Origin: Isurus oxyrinchus
Lineage: Eukaryota
Length of the DNA: 64,000 bases
Assembly: GCA_026770705.1 (NCBI GenBank)
Contig: JANJGN010000011.1
Location: 50,158,001-50,222,000 of the forward strand
Direction of reading: 5' to 3'
Below, piece by piece: positions 24,535-37,989 of this stretch. A program made the translations under genes and the position numbers. Every line of letters starts with the position of its first letter. Position 1 is the stretch's first letter. Under the pieces are notes generated by a model. The model searched no databases. It worked only from the letters and a program-made list of their open reading frames with translations, and was not told where the DNA came from.

Positions 24535-25095
24535 GAACATAGGAAAAGGAGATGGCCATTCAGTCCCTTGAGCCCGTTCTGCCATTCAATTAGATCATGG
24601 CTGATCTATACCTTAACTCCACTCACCATAGCTCCATGTCCATTGATACCCTTACTGAGGAAAATATCTATCCATCTCAATCTTAGAAGTTCCAATTGTC
24701 TCAGCTGCCTTAGAGTTTCAGGGGAGATCATTCTAGATTCTTCTGTAATATTGTTCAACTTCCTGTAGAAAGAAAAATTACAGTGGGTTACAAATGTGAT
24801 TTCCCTTTTCAAATAAAGACAGTATAGACTAGTTAGTCTCACTTCAATTGTTGAAGGAGGTTATCACATGGGAAGAAATGCATTTGGAAAACTCCTTAAA
24901 TGACGAGACCAAAACTGTACACTGTACTGCAGGTGTCATTTTACCAATGCCTGTTACAATGCCTTGTTACTCTACTCTACTGTTACATCCTATCCCCCTT
25001 GCAATAAAGGCCAACATTCTGTTTGCCTTCCTAATTCTTTACTGTACCTGCTACAAACTTTTTGTGATTCGTGTATGAGGACACCTGTATAACAG
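24535..25095 (-). mobile_element. CR1 3' fragments
   Basis: CR1 tail gaacataggaaaaggagatggccattcagtccc; 24920-25095 duplicates 25968-26140. Confidence 0.65.
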
Positions 25096-26712
25096 CTACT
25101 CAAGGCCAATAAGCTTGGAGTTTTCGAGAGCTGGTCAAGAATGACCAATGTTAAAGAATTCCTTGACGAAATAACAGGATAGGTCAAGGAAATGCAATGG
25201 GGGTGGTTTACATGGATTTTTAATAATAATAATTTAATAATAATGTCACAGAACACTTGTGATAAGGATAATTATACATATCATTAAGAGCAAGGTGACC
25301 ACATTGATATAGAAATGGTTGGAGTATAGGAAAGCAAGTGTTGGAGTAAAAGGAGATTTCCTGGAACAGAAAATCTGAAACTTAGTGATTGAGGGAACAA
25401 TATTGAAATGTGTCAGCAATACCAAATGGGAGTAATGGCAAATCGTGGCAATGATTGTGAAAGGAATTAAGAGCAGGAGTAGGTCGTTCTGCCCCTTGAG
25501 CCTGTTCTGCCATTCAATAGGATCATGGCTGATCTGATTGTGGCATTAATTCCACTTTCCTGCCTGCCTTGACTCCCTTGTCGATCAAAAATCCATCTAA
25601 CTGAGCCTTAAATATATTCAATGACCCAGCCTCCAGTGCTCTCTAGGTAGTGAATTCCAAACACTAACAACCCTTTGGGAGAAGGAGTTCTTCCTCATCT
25701 CCATCTTACATGGGATATCACATATTTTGAAACTGTGCCCCCTAGTTCTAGATCCCCCCACGAGAGAAATATCACCTTAACATCGGCTGGTCCCCTGTCA
25801 AGTGCTCAAGAATTTTATTTGTTTCAATAAGACCACTTCTCATTCTTCTAAACTCCAATGAGTTTAAAGATAGGCCCAACCTGCTCATTTTTTTCCTTAT
25901 AAGACAACACCTTCAATCTAGTGAGCCCCTCTGAACTGCCCCCAATGCAAGTATATTCCTCCTTAAATGTACTCCAGGTGTCATCTTACCAATGCCTGTT
26001 CAGTTGTAACAAGACTACTCTACTGTTACATCCTATCCCCCTTGCAATAAAGGCCAACATTCTGTTTGCCTTCCTAATTATTTACTGTACCTGCACTCAA
26101 ACTTTTTGTGATATATGTATGAGAACACCTGCATAACAGCATTCTGCAGACTCTCTCCCTTTAACTAATATTCTACTTTTCTATCCTTATCGCCAAAAAC
26201 ATTTTGCCACATTATATGCGATCTGTCATTTTTTTTGCCCACTCACTTAACCTATCTATATCCCTTTGCAGACAATTTGTGTCCTCCTCACAACTTGCTT
26301 TCCTGCCTATCTTTGTATCATCAGCAAATTTGGCAATAATACAGTCTTTTTCTTCATACAAGTCATTAATATAGATTGTAAAATTTGTTGAGGCCACAGC
26401 GCTAATCCCTGTGGCACCCCACTAGTTATAGTTTGCTAACCTGAAATTAACCCATTTATCCCGACTCTCTGTTTCCTGTTAGTAAACCAATCCTCTATCC
26501 ATGCTAATATATTACCCCCAATACCATGAGCTCTTATCTTATGTAGTAACCTTTTATGTGGAACCTTATTGAATGCCTTTTGGAAATCCAATTGCACTAC
26601 ATCTACTGGTTTTCCTTTATCCACCCTACTTGTTATATCCTCAAAGAAATCTAATAGATTTGTCAAACATGATATCCCTTTCATAAAACCATGTTGACTG
26701 TGCCTGATTGGA

Positions 26713-28825
26713 TTTTTTAAAAAAATATTCATTTACAGCATGTAGGCTTCGCTGGTGGGGCCAGCATTTATTGTCCATCCCTAGTTACCCTTGAGAAGGT
26801 GATGGTGAGCTGCCTTCTTGAACCGCTGCAGTTCATGTGGTGTAGGCACACCCACAGTGCTGTTAGGAAGGAAGTTCCAGGATTTTGACCCAGCAAAAGT
26901 GAAGGAACAGTGATATATTTCCAAGTCAGGATGGTGAGTGATTTGGAGGGCAACTTCCAGGCAGTGATGTTCCCATCTATCTGCTGCCCTTGTCTTTCTA
27001 GATGGTAGTAGTCATGAGTTTGGAAGGTGCTGTTGAAGGAGCCTTGGTGAATTCCTGCAGTGCATCTTTTAGATGCTACACACTGCTGCTGCTGTGCGTG
27101 GTGGTGGAGGGAATGAATGTTTGTAGATGTGGTGCCAATTAAGTGGGCTGCTTTGTCCTAGTTAGTGTCCAGCTTCATCAGCGTTGTGGGAACTGCACTC
27201 ATCCAGGAAAGTGGAGGGTATTCCATCACACTCCTGATGTGCCTTGTAGATGGTGGACAGGCTTTGGGGAGTCAGGAGGTGAGTTATTGTCACATGATTC
27301 CTAGCCTCTTAGGACTATAGAAAAGTTACAGCACAGAAGGAGGCCATTCGGCCCATCTTGTCCATGCCAGCCCGAGGACACCCAGGTGCCCTTTCTAATC
27401 CCACCTTCCTGCACCCAGCCCATAGCCCTGCAGTTTACAGCACTTAAGGTGCAGATCCAGGTACTTTTTAAAGGAATTTAGAGTTTCTGCCTCTACCACC
27501 AACTTGGGCAGTGAATTCCAGACACCCACTACCCTCTCCATAAAAAAAGTTCTTCCTCATGTCCCCCCTACACCTTCTGCCACTTATCTTGAATCTTTGT
27601 CCCCTGGTTCTAGAATTTTCCATTGAGGGAAACAATTTTATCCTGTCCACTCTATCTATTCCCATCATAATTTTGTACACCTCAATCAAGTCACCTCTCA
27701 GTCTTCTTTGTTTTAAGGAAAATAACTACAACCTATCCAATCTTTCCTCGTAGCTACACTTTTCTAACCCTGGCAACATTTTTGTTAACCTCCTCTGCAC
27801 TCTCTGCAGAGCTATTACATCCTTTCTGTAATGTGGTGACCAGAACTGTACAAAATACTCCAGTTGTGGCCTCACCAGAGTTTTATACAATTCCGACATT
27901 ATATCCTTACTTTTATATTCTATACCTCTGCCAATGAAGGAGAGCATTCCATATGCTTTCTTTACAATCTTGTCTACTTGAACTGCTGCCTTCAGGGACC
28001 CGTGTACTTGTACGCCAAGATCTCTCACTTCATCTATCCCTCTTAGCATATTCCCATTTACTGTGTACCCCTGTAACTGTTTGACCTCCCTAAATGTATG
28101 ACCTCACACTTCTCTATGTTAAAATCCATCTGCCACTTTACCGCCTACTCCAGCAACCCATCTATATTGTTTTGGAGATTATGGCTATCCTCTAGACTAT
28201 CCACTACTTGGCCAATCTTTGTGTCATCTGCAAATTTCCCAATTGTGTCCCCCACGTTCATGTCCAAATCGTTAATATATAACATAAACAGCAAGGGTCC
28301 CAACACCGAGCCCTGTGGAACATCACTTGAGACAACTTTCCATTCGCAAGGGCATCCATCGACCATTACCCTTTGTTTCCTGTTACAAAGCCAACCATTT
28401 ATCCAGTTTGCCACATTACCCTGAATCCCATGGGCTTTTACTTTCCTGACCAATCTGCCATGTGGCCACAGTATTCATATGGCTATTCTAGTTCAGTTTC
28501 TGGTCAATGGTAACCCCCAGGATGTTGATAGTGGGGGAGTCAACGATGGTAATGCCATTGAACATCAAGGGGCGATGGTTGGATTCTCTCTTGTTGGGAA
28601 TGGTCATTGCCTGACACTTGTGAGGCGCGAATGTTACTTGCCACTTGTCAGCCCAAGCCTGGATATTGTCCAGGTCTTGCTGCATTTGGACATGGACTGC
28701 TTCAGTGTCTGAGGAGTCGTGAATGGTGAATGGTGAACATTGTGCAATCATCAGAGAACATCCCCACTTCTGACCTTATGATGGAAGGAAAGTCATTGAT
28801 GAGGCAGCTGAAGTTGGTTGGGCTG
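26713..28825 (-). mobile_element. 'Family B' LINE (26713-27309 and 28465-28825) nested in the outer CR1
   Basis: 3' tail with ccagcatttattgtccatccctag; MQQDLDNIQAWADKWQVTFAPHKCQAMT. Confidence 0.85.
27311..28465 (-). mobile_element. Well-preserved 5'-truncated CR1 nested in the family B LINE
   Basis: VPQGSVLGPLLFMLYINDLD..KFADDTKIG; LYKTLVRPQLEYFVQFWSPHYRKDV; tail acagcacagaaggaggccattcggccc. Confidence 0.9.
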
Positions 28826-29815
28826 CTACTTCTTTAACAATGGATTTCAGCAATTTCCCAATGGCAGATGTTAGGCTAACTGGCCTTTATTTCCTGCATT
28901 TTATCTCTTTCATTTCTAGAACAAATTTGTTACATTTGTGGTTTTCCACTCTGCTGCAACCTTTCCAGAATCTAGGAAATTTTGGAAGATTACAACCAAT
29001 GCATCCACTATCTCTGCAGCCACTTCTTTTTAGACCCTAGGGTGAAGGCCATCAGGTCCAGGGGACTTGTCAACCCTTATTCCCTAATACTTTTCCCCTA
29101 GTGATAATGATTGTTTTAAGCTCCTCCCTCTCTTTTGCCCCGTTTTTAAAAAATTCTTGGGATGCTTTTTCTGTCTTCTGCCATGAAGACCGATATAAAA
29201 CACTTATTCAAAGTCTTTGCCATTTTCTTGTTTTCCATTACTAATTCCAGTCTCATCCTTTAAGGGATTAATGCTCACTTTAACTACTCTATACCTTTTT
29301 TATACTTGTAAAATCTCTTGCTGTTTGTTTTATATTTCTTGCTAGTTTACTCTCATATTCTATTTTCTTCCTCATTTTGTTTCTGTCATCATTTGCTTGT
29401 TTCTAAAATTTTCCCAATCTTCTGGCCTACCATTAATCTTTGCAGTATTGTATGCCTTTTCTTTCAATTTGATACCACCCTTAACTTCCTTAGTTAGCTA
29501 AGGATGGAACATCCTTCTCATGGAGTCTTTCTTTCTCAATGAAATATATTTTTGTTTGGAGTATGAAATACCTCCTTAAATGTCCGCCACTGCTTCTCTC
29601 TACCATCTTACCTTTTAACTTATTTTCCTGTTCTACTGTAGCCAACTCTGTCTCTATACCTTTGTAATTGCCTTTATTTAAGTTTAAGACACTAATTTCT
29701 GACACGTGTTTCTCATCCTCGAACTGAATGTGAAATTCTATCATGTAATGATCACTCTTGCCCTAAAAGATCCTTTACTATGAGATCATTAATGAATCCT
29801 GTGTCATTATACATT

Positions 29816-29994
29816 TTTCTTCTTGATTCTCTTCCTTACCTAGAGATACATGAGGCAGATGAAGCACATGCTTATGTCTGTTTCCAAAGCTAGATTTTCC
29901 TGGAATAGGTTGCCGTGGCCAGCAAGTCCTGGAATGAACTTGGAGCTTCTGTCTCAGAGGCAGGGGCGCTACCTACTGCACTACAAGACCTCTC
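29816..29994 (-). mobile_element. Short SINE-like insertion in the outer CR1
   Basis: Flanked by TCATTATACATT / TCATTACACATT (12-bp TSD, 1 mismatch); tRNA-like head on the minus strand (ggtcttgtagtgcagtaggtagcgcccctgcctctgag). Confidence 0.65.
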
Positions 29995-30984
29995 TCATTA
30001 CACATTACCCAGGTATAAAATAGCCTGTACCATGGTTGGTTCCAGATGTATTCTTCTAAGAAACTGTCCAGAATGCATTATGAACTCACCCTCAAGCCTA
30101 CCTTTGCCAATTTGATTTGTCTAACCTATTCTGAAGGTTAAAATCATGCATGATAGTTACAGTTCTGTTCGGTGGCCTGTAAACTACTTCCACAAGTGAC
30201 TTCTTTCCTTTGCTATTTCTTACCTTTTTTGTCTTTTTAAATTCTTTATTCTTATGTTTCTTTCAAATTCCATTTTTCATTTCCCTCCCTCTCTCTCACT
30301 GTCTGCTAAAGATTGCTGCACAGTAGTCCTCCTGTTACAAGAGCCAGCTTGCTGCCGTTTCCAATTCTCAGTGTCTTGGAGGATGCAACAGAATGGGCAC
30401 ATTAGTGACAGATGCAGTTGAATGCATAAATGTGTGAAGTAATGTATTTTGGATGTAAGAATAAAGCAGGAAATACATCTTAAATGGTGAGTCTTTAAAT
30501 AGAGTAAAGGAGAAGGTGAAGAAACATAACAAATGTATGGAAACACAGCAAAATCTGCAGAAGAACTCTAGCGAAAATAAGTATTCATACCCACAATATA
30601 CAGAGTCCTCAATTTTTCAATTACTCTTGGGAGCAGCATTAGCAACTGAACATGGGTAAGAGTAGGACTGGATGGAGAATGGATGCCAATGGATGGGAAC
30701 AATGGAGAAATGCACAGCAGTAAAAGGGGCAAACTGGTTGACAGTGGAAGGGGAGAAATAGATGACAATGAAATGTGAAATGGACAGTAACTGAAAGAGG
30801 GAAAATTATATTAATAGCCTGGATATTGCAGTAGTAATGATGGTGAAACTGCCAAGATTCAATATCAATATTTTGTAAAACTGACAGCAACTTCTAACAT
30901 CTGCACATGCACAGTTAATTGGGGAAATCTAGCGGTTGTTGTTGATGATGCTCTATTCCTCCACTGATATGCTAATTAAGTCCT

Positions 30985-31357
30985 TATAGCCGGGTGTACC
31001 ATGTACAAAATGCATTGCCATAACTTGCCAAGGCTCCTTCAACACACCTTCTAAACCTGCAAACTCTATCACCTCAAAGGGCTAAGGACAGAAGATGCAT
31101 GGGAACATTGTCGCCTGCAAGTTCCCCTCCAAGCCACACACCATCCTGACTTGTAAATATACCAATGTTCCTTCACTGTTGCTGGGTCAAAATCCTGGAA
31201 TTCCCTCCTTTACAGCACTGTGGGTGTACCTACAGCACATGGACTGCAGTGGTTCAATAAGGCAGCTCACTACCATCTTCTCAAGGGCAATTAGGGACAG
31301 TCAGTAAATGTTGGCCTTGCCAATGATGCCCACTTTCCATGAATGAATGAAAAAAAT
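30985..31357 (+). mobile_element. 'Family B' LINE 3' end
   Basis: caagttcccctccaagccacacaccatcctgactt...aagggcaattagggacagtcagtaaatgttggccttgcc...catgaatgaatgaaaaaaa. Confidence 0.85.
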
Positions 31358-32446
31358 GATGAAATTCAATTAAAATCAATGATTTAACATGAACATCCAA
31401 TTTTATGTCACTATTCTTGCTGTAAGAGCCCTTGAAATTTCAAGTTACGTTTTGTTGAACAAAGTGTAGCTGGCTTTTTATTGATACATTGTAGCATTAC
31501 TGCTGGACAATTTCTTTGACCCTGAAGGATTAATTTTATATTCATGGAATGTCAAATTTCTACATTCTGTGATAAAAATTTAATACATTTTTAAAATCAT
31601 GGAACAAAGCTTGTTTGTGATGTTTTATCATCCACTGTGTCTCACATGTATATCTCAATCTTTATTTTGGTCTTTTAAAATTATGAAAAGTGAATGATAA
31701 AAACTTCTTGTTTATTCCTGGTTTGCTGTCTGTGAAAATTCTTCTTGTGCCTGGCTGTTTACCCTACTTCATACCACTGTTCTTGAACACCAGAGATCCC
31801 CTATGGCTGGCACCAGAATGAAGTTAACATTGGGAAAGGAGAAATCCACACCACAGAGCTCACTACTCTTGGTGGGCAGCTTTCTTCAAGTCCAGCAGCG
31901 AGTGCCGTCACTTCATCACTGATCACAAAATCTTGTTTGGTAGCTTCCTTGAACTGAGTGTGAGTTTTATTTCAAATTGGATTTTTTTTTTTGAAATTAT
32001 AAATAGGACAGATACTTCCTCAACATATATTTTAAGTCAATGCTATATTCCTTTTAAAGTGCAAACCATTTTTTCTTGGAATGAAGGAACCAACCTTGCT
32101 GAGAAATTGTATTCTAAACACAATCTATTAGTTGATTTTTTAGTGGGTAGTTATCATGTGAAATGCAAGATCTGTTTCCTTGGATAATAGATCTATGATC
32201 ACCAGGTACAAGACAGAAGGTGCCCAAGACAGGAGATTGATTAGTCCTTGAAACAGGGAAACCACAAGTTGATGTGTTTCATTACCAAAACAGTTTCAGT
32301 TCAATATATATTGAATTCAGTAACAGCAGGCAGAAATGTACCTTTTTGATGTATGTTGCATTCTGAGTATGCACAGTTTTCTCCTCCAAAGATACTGGAG
32401 TGTCTGAGTAAATTTTGCTTAAATAAAGCATTGATTATTTCTTCAG

Positions 32447-32593
32447 GACCAGCTTTGTACTCATACAACAATGCAGTATTCACCCCTGAGGATTGGCATG
32501 GAATTCAGGAAATAGCGAGAAGTAGGAAAAGAGATGATCCGCTGAAAGTTGGACGATTTGGTATTGGTTTCAATTCTGTCTATCATATAACAG
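32447..32593 (+). CDS. SACS: Sacsin coding exon (exon 7 equivalent), ATPase glycine-rich motif
   Basis: tttcttcAG|GA...ACAG|GTaagt; 147 bp. Reads [48 protein letters not shown]. Confidence 0.98.
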
Positions 32594-32854
32594 GTAAGTG
32601 AATTGTCCTTGTGTTTTGCAGTGGACCTGCTCTGAATGGTGCTTTGTTTAGTTTCCAGCTCCTTGGTGCAAGGTTAAATTGGAATTTGTTCAGGATTTTC
32701 TTTTGTTTCATTTTTTTGAGTGCAAGTTTTGCATCCAGCTTGTTGTCATTTTGAGCGTGTTAAAATAATTAATAGAGAAAGGAAGGCAATTATTTTATGA
32801 TAATTTCTTTGGACCTGGAGCTGGAAATTTACAAGCATGTGCCAATCTGAGATC

Positions 32855-33075
32855 ATTCCTCACCAACAGAAAGATTTGAGGTAATTGACAAAAGAATGAA
32901 AGGTGACATGAGAAAAAACATCACTGCAGTAAAGTTTTATGATCTGGGATGCACTGTCTGAAAGTTTGGAAGAAGTAGTGTCAATATTTACTTCCAAAAG
33001 TGAATTGGATAAGCACTTGAAAAAGAAATTTGCAGGGCTATGGAGAAGGAGCAGGGAAGTGGTACAAATTGCAAA
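32855..33075 (+). mobile_element. CR1 3' fragment
   Basis: IWDALSE..VV....FKSELDKHLK resembles the CR1 ORF2 terminus WN.LP..VV....FK..LD. Confidence 0.6.
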
Positions 33076-34239
33076 GCTCTTCATATCCTGTCCATTAACT
33101 TTTGCATTTATTAACCCATTCTTCAAAGGTTTTTCAATTTTTTTAACAGCAGTATTTGATATACTATTTTCACCATCTATCAGGCTGGCATAGCTTAGAA
33201 TTCATAGTTGGGCATTAATACAGATGCTTGTGTATGTGTATGATGCGTAACTAAAATTGGTTCTGAACTTGACATTTACAATTGACTTTCAAGTGGAGTT
33301 TTAGAAGGCTAGAAAACCCAGAGTCCTCGAGATCCATTGGTGTTCAATCTTGAACTGATTTCAAAGCTCTGAAAACTTAAGTTGTGAAATTGCTTTTGTA
33401 CTTACAAACTCTTTAACCTGCTTTTACATTCATATAACGGGCTTAGACCTCAAGCAGATGAGTGAGATGATTTTTTTAGGCTTGCTTTACACAGCTAAAT
33501 GTTTGCTTTTTCACATAAACAAAAATGCATTTTGGATAATCTTATTGAAGCTCAGCTGACATATGACCTTGACTCATTTCGGATGTTTTTGTTGCCTAAC
33601 TACATACTCCTGAAGTAGGAATGTAGGAACAGAAGTAGGTCAATGAGCCCTTCTAGCCTGTTTCGCTATTCTGTTATATCATGGCAGATTTGCACCTCAG
33701 TTTCACTTACTTGACTTTTCTCCAAATGCTTTGATGGCCTCAACTAACAAAAAATCAATTCATCTCAGTCTTTCAGTTGACTCTACATCCACAGAGAAAT
33801 TTCCTAAGCAGCATACCAATGTACCTGTCTGCATATCTAAACTATACAACTAAACTATACTATAACTAAACTAACTGCTAACTATAGCATTTCCCTACTT
33901 TTTACTTATAATTTTGATCTGACTGTAGGCTCTTGTCCCAGCTATCTTCACATGACCATGACATTCACCAGGTAGCCATCTTCTGGACTTCGCATTTTCA
34001 TAATGTGCTTGTCTCAACCAGGTTTCCCTTTTTCCTAGTAAGTTTAAAGCCTACCTTCTCCAGCCCACTTTCCCTTTGTCTAATCATCTGCATCTCTCTG
34101 AGAATAATTCCCCTTCTTTTGTCACTTCCTTTTCAGCTTTGGCTCAGGCCATAAGCTATTCTTTACCAATACACTTTTCTTGTACAGGCATTCTACCAGG
34201 AAGATGGCAATAATACTGTCAGCTGCACAAAGCCTGTCT

Positions 34240-35061
34240 TATCTTAGTAGTTGACTGAAGCCATGGTTTTCGGTCCCTGCGCCAAACCCAGTTCTCTAGT
34301 TACTGACACCATCTCTCTCTCTCTGGCCACAGTCTGAGATTAAATCAGTCTGTTCATCTTTGACTCTGAGATGAGTCAATCTGACCACATATTCACACTA
34401 TTATTAAGACAGCCTATTTCCACCTCAGTAACATTGCCTAAATTTGTCCCTGACTCAGCTCATCAGCTGCTGAAACCCTCATCCTTTTCTTTATTAGCTT
34501 TAGCTTTGACTATTCCAGCACAATCTTGGCAGGTCTCTTATGTTCAATCCTCCATAAACTTGAGGCCATCCAAAATTCTGCTACCCATGTCTTAACTCAC
34601 ATCAAGTCTTATTCACCTATCACCCTTATGCTCGCTGACCCACACTGGCTTGCAGTCAAGCAACATCTTGATACTGAAACTCTCACCCTTGTTTACAAAA
34701 GCCTCATGGCCTTGCAGCTCCCTATCTCTGTAGCCTCCTTCAGCCCTACAACCCTCTAAGATATCCGTACTCTGCTAATTCTGACCTCTTGAATATGCCT
34801 GATTTTATTTGCTCTAGCATTGGTGGCCGTGCTTTCGTTTGCTGAGGCCCCAAGCTCTGGAATTCCCTTCCTGAACTTCTCAACCTCTCTGCCTCCTTTC
34901 AAACACTCCCTAAAACCTTCCTCTTTGACCAAGCTTTTGGTCATCTGACTTAATATCTTTTTATGTGGCTCAATGTCATATTTTGTTTTATAATGTTCCT
35001 GTGAAGTGCCTTGGGATATTTCATCGTGTTAAAGGCACTATATAAATATAAGTTGTTGTTG
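34240..35061 (+). mobile_element. L2-clade LINE 3' portion with tail
   Basis: LEAIQNSATHVLTHIKSYSPITLMLADPHWLAVKQ; tail ctgtgaagtgccttgggat...aaggcactatataaatataagttgttgttg. Confidence 0.85.
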
Positions 35062-35574
35062 CCCTCAAAATGAGTCTCTAGATCTGGTTTTATATGACAT
35101 CAGTTGTTTAGCTCATTTCTATCGTTATGTCAACTCAGTGAATTCTTGCAAAATTTCACTCAGTTTTAAAAATGCTCAGCGGCAAAATTCAAGTTTGGGT
35201 TCAGAAAAACTGACTGTGATTTCAAGACTCAGCTCTAATGAGACAAAAGCCTTCTCAATCCCTAGAGGCCCATTCACCTATTTAGCAGCCAACCATATCT
35301 CAAAACATTGGCCTTCTGGTGGCACCCAGCTGCAGCATCAGGATGGAAATTAGGAAAACGAATCAAAGTATCCGTGGAAACATGATAATAAGAAGCAAAT
35401 GGTCACATTTATAGTAAAATTATGTCTTAATTTGACTTGCTTGTATAAGCCCATGATATTTTGAGGTTTCAAAATATCTGGTAGGAATAAAGTGTTATTC
35501 TTAGTGCTAGTGACTTTAGAGGCAAATGTTTATCTGTGGAATGATTGAAGTTACCAAGAAAACTAGGGAGCTGT

Positions 35575-37523
35575 TGTGACAAAATGTTGCTAAGGGTGAG
35601 GCCTGGTGAAAACTGAAGGGGGCAGGATAGAAAAATTGGAGAGGGAGAGCTTAGCTACATCCTTCCTACCATTCTAAATTCCAGCTGACAAGGACACCTG
35701 ATCTAAGCTGATGCATCCCTCTTTAAATATGTAGCTTGGGTTCTGATGATGTGTGAGGGACTAAGACCTCACCCTATATATTTTTATAAACTGTATATAG
35801 GTTTCCTCATTAATATTTCTAAAATTTAAAAAAAACGAACGAAGATCCTTAAAGTAGCTGAACCTATGTCTGTCTGTGATCCCTGAACAAAAGAAGCCAT
35901 GTGGCAGTTTCAGGGAAACTCACACCTCATTATCTCTGAGGAACCACTAACGACTATCTGCGGACTGCACAGCCCAATTTCAAAGAGAGCTATACAAAGA
36001 CCATCTGCATTTGATAGCCCTGGCTGACCAGAAGGAGTCTGATGGTCTGTTAAGACAAAAGACCCGCAACCTTTCTTTCAATTCATAATGACTGAGACAT
36101 TTAGCAATCTGCGAAGCCCCAGCCACATTCCAAACTATGGATACATATCCTTTGCTGGAGACCGGGTGGAGAGGTGGGGTCGTGTGACATAGGCCCCTGG
36201 CTTGTTGAACATGTTAATATTGCCTAGCTGAGCTGAATAGCATAGTCTGCTGCTTTAACATCTGACTAGCAGGCTGCACTGAGGGAGCTGTGGTCCAGGT
36301 TAGACATCTGACCCCATCTATCCTGATTCCGCTAGAAGATCTGTACCATCGCCTACAAAACTGATCCATCTCCGAGTGCCAGTTTCATTGTGTTAAGTCA
36401 ACAGCACTGGCAGAGTGAATTATACTACATCGGTGTTCAGGCAGCTGACCTCCATGAAGGAATACATCATTGGACTTTGATTCTGGACTCTGAAACTCAC
36501 GTGAACCAATGCTTATTTTCTCTATGGTCTCTGTACTGTAAAACCTCCTTTTCTCTATCCCTTTCTTTACTGTCTGAATGTGGAGGTGACGTTGCGACCC
36601 TCCTTTCACGTTTTGAATGTGTGCAATAAACTAACCCTTTAAGTTCTGTGATGAAAGTATAATAATTTTCATAATATTTTTCTGGTTTATTGTGAAGTAG
36701 GTTTATGGGGACAAGTTTGGTTGGGTCTGTCTGTGTGATTTAATTACATTTGGAGACTGCAAGCTTGAAATTATCAAAAGAAGCTAGGTGCTTGACATGC
36801 TAATGAGTAAATATGGGTGCTGGCTTAGCATGCAAGGTGTGAAGGGAATTTGTATTTTTAAATAAATAAAGGGATTGTTGGAGTTCAAAGGGATCTTAGT
36901 CTGTTGAAGAAGGCCATGTAAGATCTAACAGGAGTGTGTGAAATAGCCTTAATGAAGCCTCCAGCCATTTGTGCATAAGTCTGCTAAATAATGAAACTGA
37001 AGTTGGGAAAAAAGTCATTTATAATCCCATTATCAAGTGAGTATTGTGTTAACGTGCTGGTTCTCTCTTAAATCTAAAATCTATTTTGAACTGTTTCCTT
37101 AAAGGGGGTGCAACTGCGGGTCAGGTTAATTCGGAATGTTAGGAGTTATTATAGGAGTAAGTAATTGTAGTCTTATGTATGTACTTGAAATCTTTTATTT
37201 TGTTAATAAATATTTTAATTCTTAAAATATCTAAAGGTCTTGGTGGTATTATTACTTCTGAATTCAATGCACACATCTCCAAATAAATACAAATTGCAAA
37301 ACCATTGTGATAGTATGGCCAAGTTTCCCTTGTGGATTTGGTCCACCTGGCACACATCATCTGCCACATCATAACAGTTCATCCTATCTTGAGTTTGCTG
37401 TGGAGTTATTAATAGAAAATCAGATCACACAAAAAAACCGAGGGGTTGGAGAAATACGCCGGTATTTATAAAGAGGGGAAAAATTAGTGCTGTTTAAGCT
37501 AACCCTCCCTCCTGTCTGTAACA
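35575..37523 (+). mobile_element. Probable solo LTR interrupted by a second solo LTR
   Basis: TGTGACA...TGTAACA termini and AATAAA at about 36625; no clean TSD. Confidence 0.5.
36647..37376 (+). mobile_element. Solo LTR, 730 bp
   Basis: TGTGATGA...TCATAACA termini with a perfect 4-bp TSD GTTC (36643-36646 and 37377-37380); AATAAA at about 37205. Confidence 0.82.
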
Positions 37524-37989
37524 CATGACTGTAGCTGATCTGCTTTCTTTACCTAAATCTTGAGCCGGACAGCAGATAGCACAGGTGGTTTCCCTGTCAA
37601 GCCAAGCCTGGCTGGGAGCTGGATTGAGGGCTTGAAGTGGCCTAGTAATGTAAGGCTTTTTTTCTCCTTCTCCATTGTAGTAACAAGCAGAGATTCCTAT
37701 GCTGCTCAGTAATATCCTTCATTGTGCACGAGGGTTGAAATGTGTTGCTGATCAGAGAAAATGCTGGAAATAACTCACGCAGTGTGGAGTAAGAAAGAGT
37801 GTTAATGTTTCAAGCCAGAACCTTATTTTTATCTGAGTTTAGATTTTCAGTTTATTTCAGATTTCCAGCTTCTATGATATTTTTATTTTATATGTGTACA
37901 TTATTGGTTGACACTTATATACATAAATTTATTATTGTGTATAAATTTACTAAGATATCCTGAAGAGTATATATTTTTTTTCCCCACAG

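Larger units (their letters stand above)
25465..30225 (-). mobile_element. Outer CR1 LINE (25465-26712 and 28826-30225), host of nested insertions
   Basis: Tail gagcaggagtaggtcgttctgccc; IAKFADDTKIG, SQHGFMKGISCLTNLLDFFE, DFQKAFNKVPHKRLL; endonuclease-side MIEFHIQFE..LNLNKGNY beyond 29490. Confidence 0.88.

Noticed and set aside
33838-33888. ctaaactata-type short tandem repeat
   Set aside because: Short, imperfect low-complexity tract with no further structure.
37908-37989. N-terminal extension of the 522-aa ORF ([10 protein letters not shown]...)
   Set aside because: It is intronic: AT-rich, ends in a polypyrimidine tract and AG at 37988-37989, and sacsin homology starts only at 37990.
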